This document shows, in pieces, positions 22,136 through 23,724 of a DNA stretch of 23,724 nucleotides. Position numbers and translations under genes: made by a program. Below the pieces are notes generated by a model. The model had not been told where the DNA came from. It made no database searches and saw nothing but the letters and a program-made list of their open reading frames with translations. Each line of letters opens with the position of its first letter. Within the stretch, counting starts at the first letter, position 1. This DNA comes from Octopus sinensis (taxonomy: Eukaryota). The DNA is taken from positions 1 through 23,724 of the forward strand of contig NW_021836763.1 of NCBI RefSeq assembly GCF_006345805.1, given 5' to 3'.

Positions 22136-23250
22136 GCGGCGAGCTGGCAGAATCGTTATCGCGCCGGACAAAGTGCGCTTAGCGGCATTTCACACGTCTT
22201 TATGTTCTGAGTTCAATTTCCGTTCGAGGTCGACTTTGCCTTTCATCCTTTCGGGGTCGATAAATTAAGTACCAGTTACGCATTGGAGTCGATGTAATCG
22301 ACTTAACACCTTTGTCTGTCCTTGTTTGTCCCCTCTGTGTTTAGCCCCTTGTGGGTAATAAAGAAATAGGTATTTCGTCTGCCGCTACGAATTACCCATT
22401 TCTTTAGTAAAGAAACAGGTAATTCGTCTGCTGCTACGTTCTGAGTTCAAATTCCGCCGAGGTCAACTTTGCCTTTTATCCTTTCGGGATCGATACATTA
22501 AGTACCAGTTACGCACTGAGGTCGATATAATCGACTTAATCCATTTGTCTGTCCTTGTTTGTCCTCTCTGTGTTTAACCCGTTGTGAGTAGTAAAGAAAT
22601 AGGTATTTCACCCGTGGGTACGTTCCGAGTTGGCTGAAACGTTAGCGCGCTGGGCGCAATGCTTAGCGGTATTTCGTCTGCCGCTACGTTCTGAGTTCAA
22701 ATTCCGCCGAGATCGATTTTGCCTTTCATCCTTTCGGGCTCGATACATTAAATACCAGTGAAACACTGGGGTCGATGCAAACGACTTATTCCTTTCCTCC
22801 AAATCTGAAATCTTGTGCCTATAGTAGAGAAGTTTATTAACGTTGGTTTAGGAAGGCGGTGATCTGGCAGAATCGTTACTACTACGATCCGTCTTTATCT
22901 TCTGAGTTCAGATGCTGCCGGGGTCGACTCTACTTCTCATCCTGTCGGGCTCGATAAAATAAGTACGACTTAAGCACGGCCTGGTCGATATAATCGACTT
23001 CACCCTCTCTCAAATTGCCGGCCTTGTGCCAAGATTTGGAACCAGTATTAATAAGGTCGTTATAGAAAGGCGGCGAGGTGGCAGGATCGTTAGTGCGACG
23101 AGCGATGTGCTTAGCGGCATTTTGTCCGTCAGTACGTCCTGAGTTCAAATGCGGTCGACGTCGACTTTGCCTTCCGTCTTGTGGAGTCGATATAATCGCC
23201 CACCCCCACCCCACAAAAATTCCAGGCTTTGTGCCGATAATAGCAAAGAT
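22136..23250 (+). mobile_element. Cluster of at least 5 same-orientation SINE copies/units (10979 family and relatives)
   Basis: Heads at ~22136, ~22625, ~22855 and ~23069; headless unit at 22418-22601. The core GGTCGACTTTGCC...GTCGAT(A/G)TAATCGACT recurs in each. Confidence 0.9.
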
Positions 23251-23310
23251 TACCAACCTTGTTATGCTTTAGTGCAGAAAGGTAGGATCCCGTATGTTTT
23301 ACTTGCTTCC

Positions 23311-23490
23311 CTCATTAGACCGCGGCCCTGCTGGAGCAGCGCATTAAAGAATTTTAGTCGAATAAATCGACCTCATGACTTTATTTGATTTTTAAGACCG
23401 GTATTTGTATTATCGGAACCTTTCTTGCCGGACCGCTAGGTTACGGGCACGTAAACACACCATCACCGGTCATAAAGCGGTGAGGTTAGA
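23311..23490 (-). mobile_element. SINE with LINE-like 3' tail
   Basis: Reverse complement contains CCGTAACCTAGCGGTCCGGCAAGAAAGG...GGTCGATTTATTCGACTAAAATTCTTTAATGCGCTGCTCCAGCAGGGCCGCGGTC; the tail resembles 7815-7851. Confidence 0.7.
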
Positions 23491-23564
23491 TCTTTTCTTT
23501 AACTGTGTTGGATGTTGTTTACATATACATGCATGCATGGGGACACACAAACACAAACACTCAA

Positions 23565-23565
23565 G

Positions 23566-23597
<32 letters not shown>

Positions 23598-23641
23598 CAT
23601 GCATACATACATACATATACATACATACATACATACATACA

Positions 23642-23672
<31 letters not shown>
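23565..23672. repeat. (CA)n + (TACA)n microsatellite
   Basis: Read directly. Confidence 0.95.
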
Positions 23673-23673
<1 letters not shown>

Positions 23674-23724
23674 AGTGAAGTTTTGTGAGGGGACAGATGT
23701 CAACATCCAAGTCTTATATAATTG

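Overview
Eukaryotic, AT-rich, non-genic or intronic DNA packed with microsatellites and decayed mobile elements. The repeat families and the (TA)n/(TAT)n/(TATG)n/(CTAT)n load strongly suggest an octopus (coleoid cephalopod) genome; this is an inference from recalled repeat families, not a database result. No intact protein-coding gene is supportable, and almost all listed ORFs are microsatellite read-through. Recognisable by manual translation: the 3' end of a HERO/NeSL-like non-LTR element with a restriction-like endonuclease C-terminus (4631-4933, -), the 3' end of a CR1-group LINE (7400-7860, +), a frameshifted RTE reverse-transcriptase relic (17250-18075, -) and a Tc1/mariner 3' end (15783-15959, +). 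There are also many tRNA-derived SINEs of several families, including head-to-tail multimers. The most interesting signals are: (i) a dispersed set of Penelope-type minimal hammerhead-ribozyme motifs, one of them inside a tRNA-headed SINE-like element and another beside a ~78-bp-arm hairpin; (ii) SINE multimers, one flanked by a single 17-bp TSD; (iii) fold-back inversions at SINE ends and junctions; (iv) an X-Z-X-Z-Y-Z-Y duplication built on (AAT)n/(ATT)n palindromes, which may be an assembly artefact; (v) a convergent pair of diverged copies of an unclassified element; (vi) two weak candidate host exons on the minus strand.
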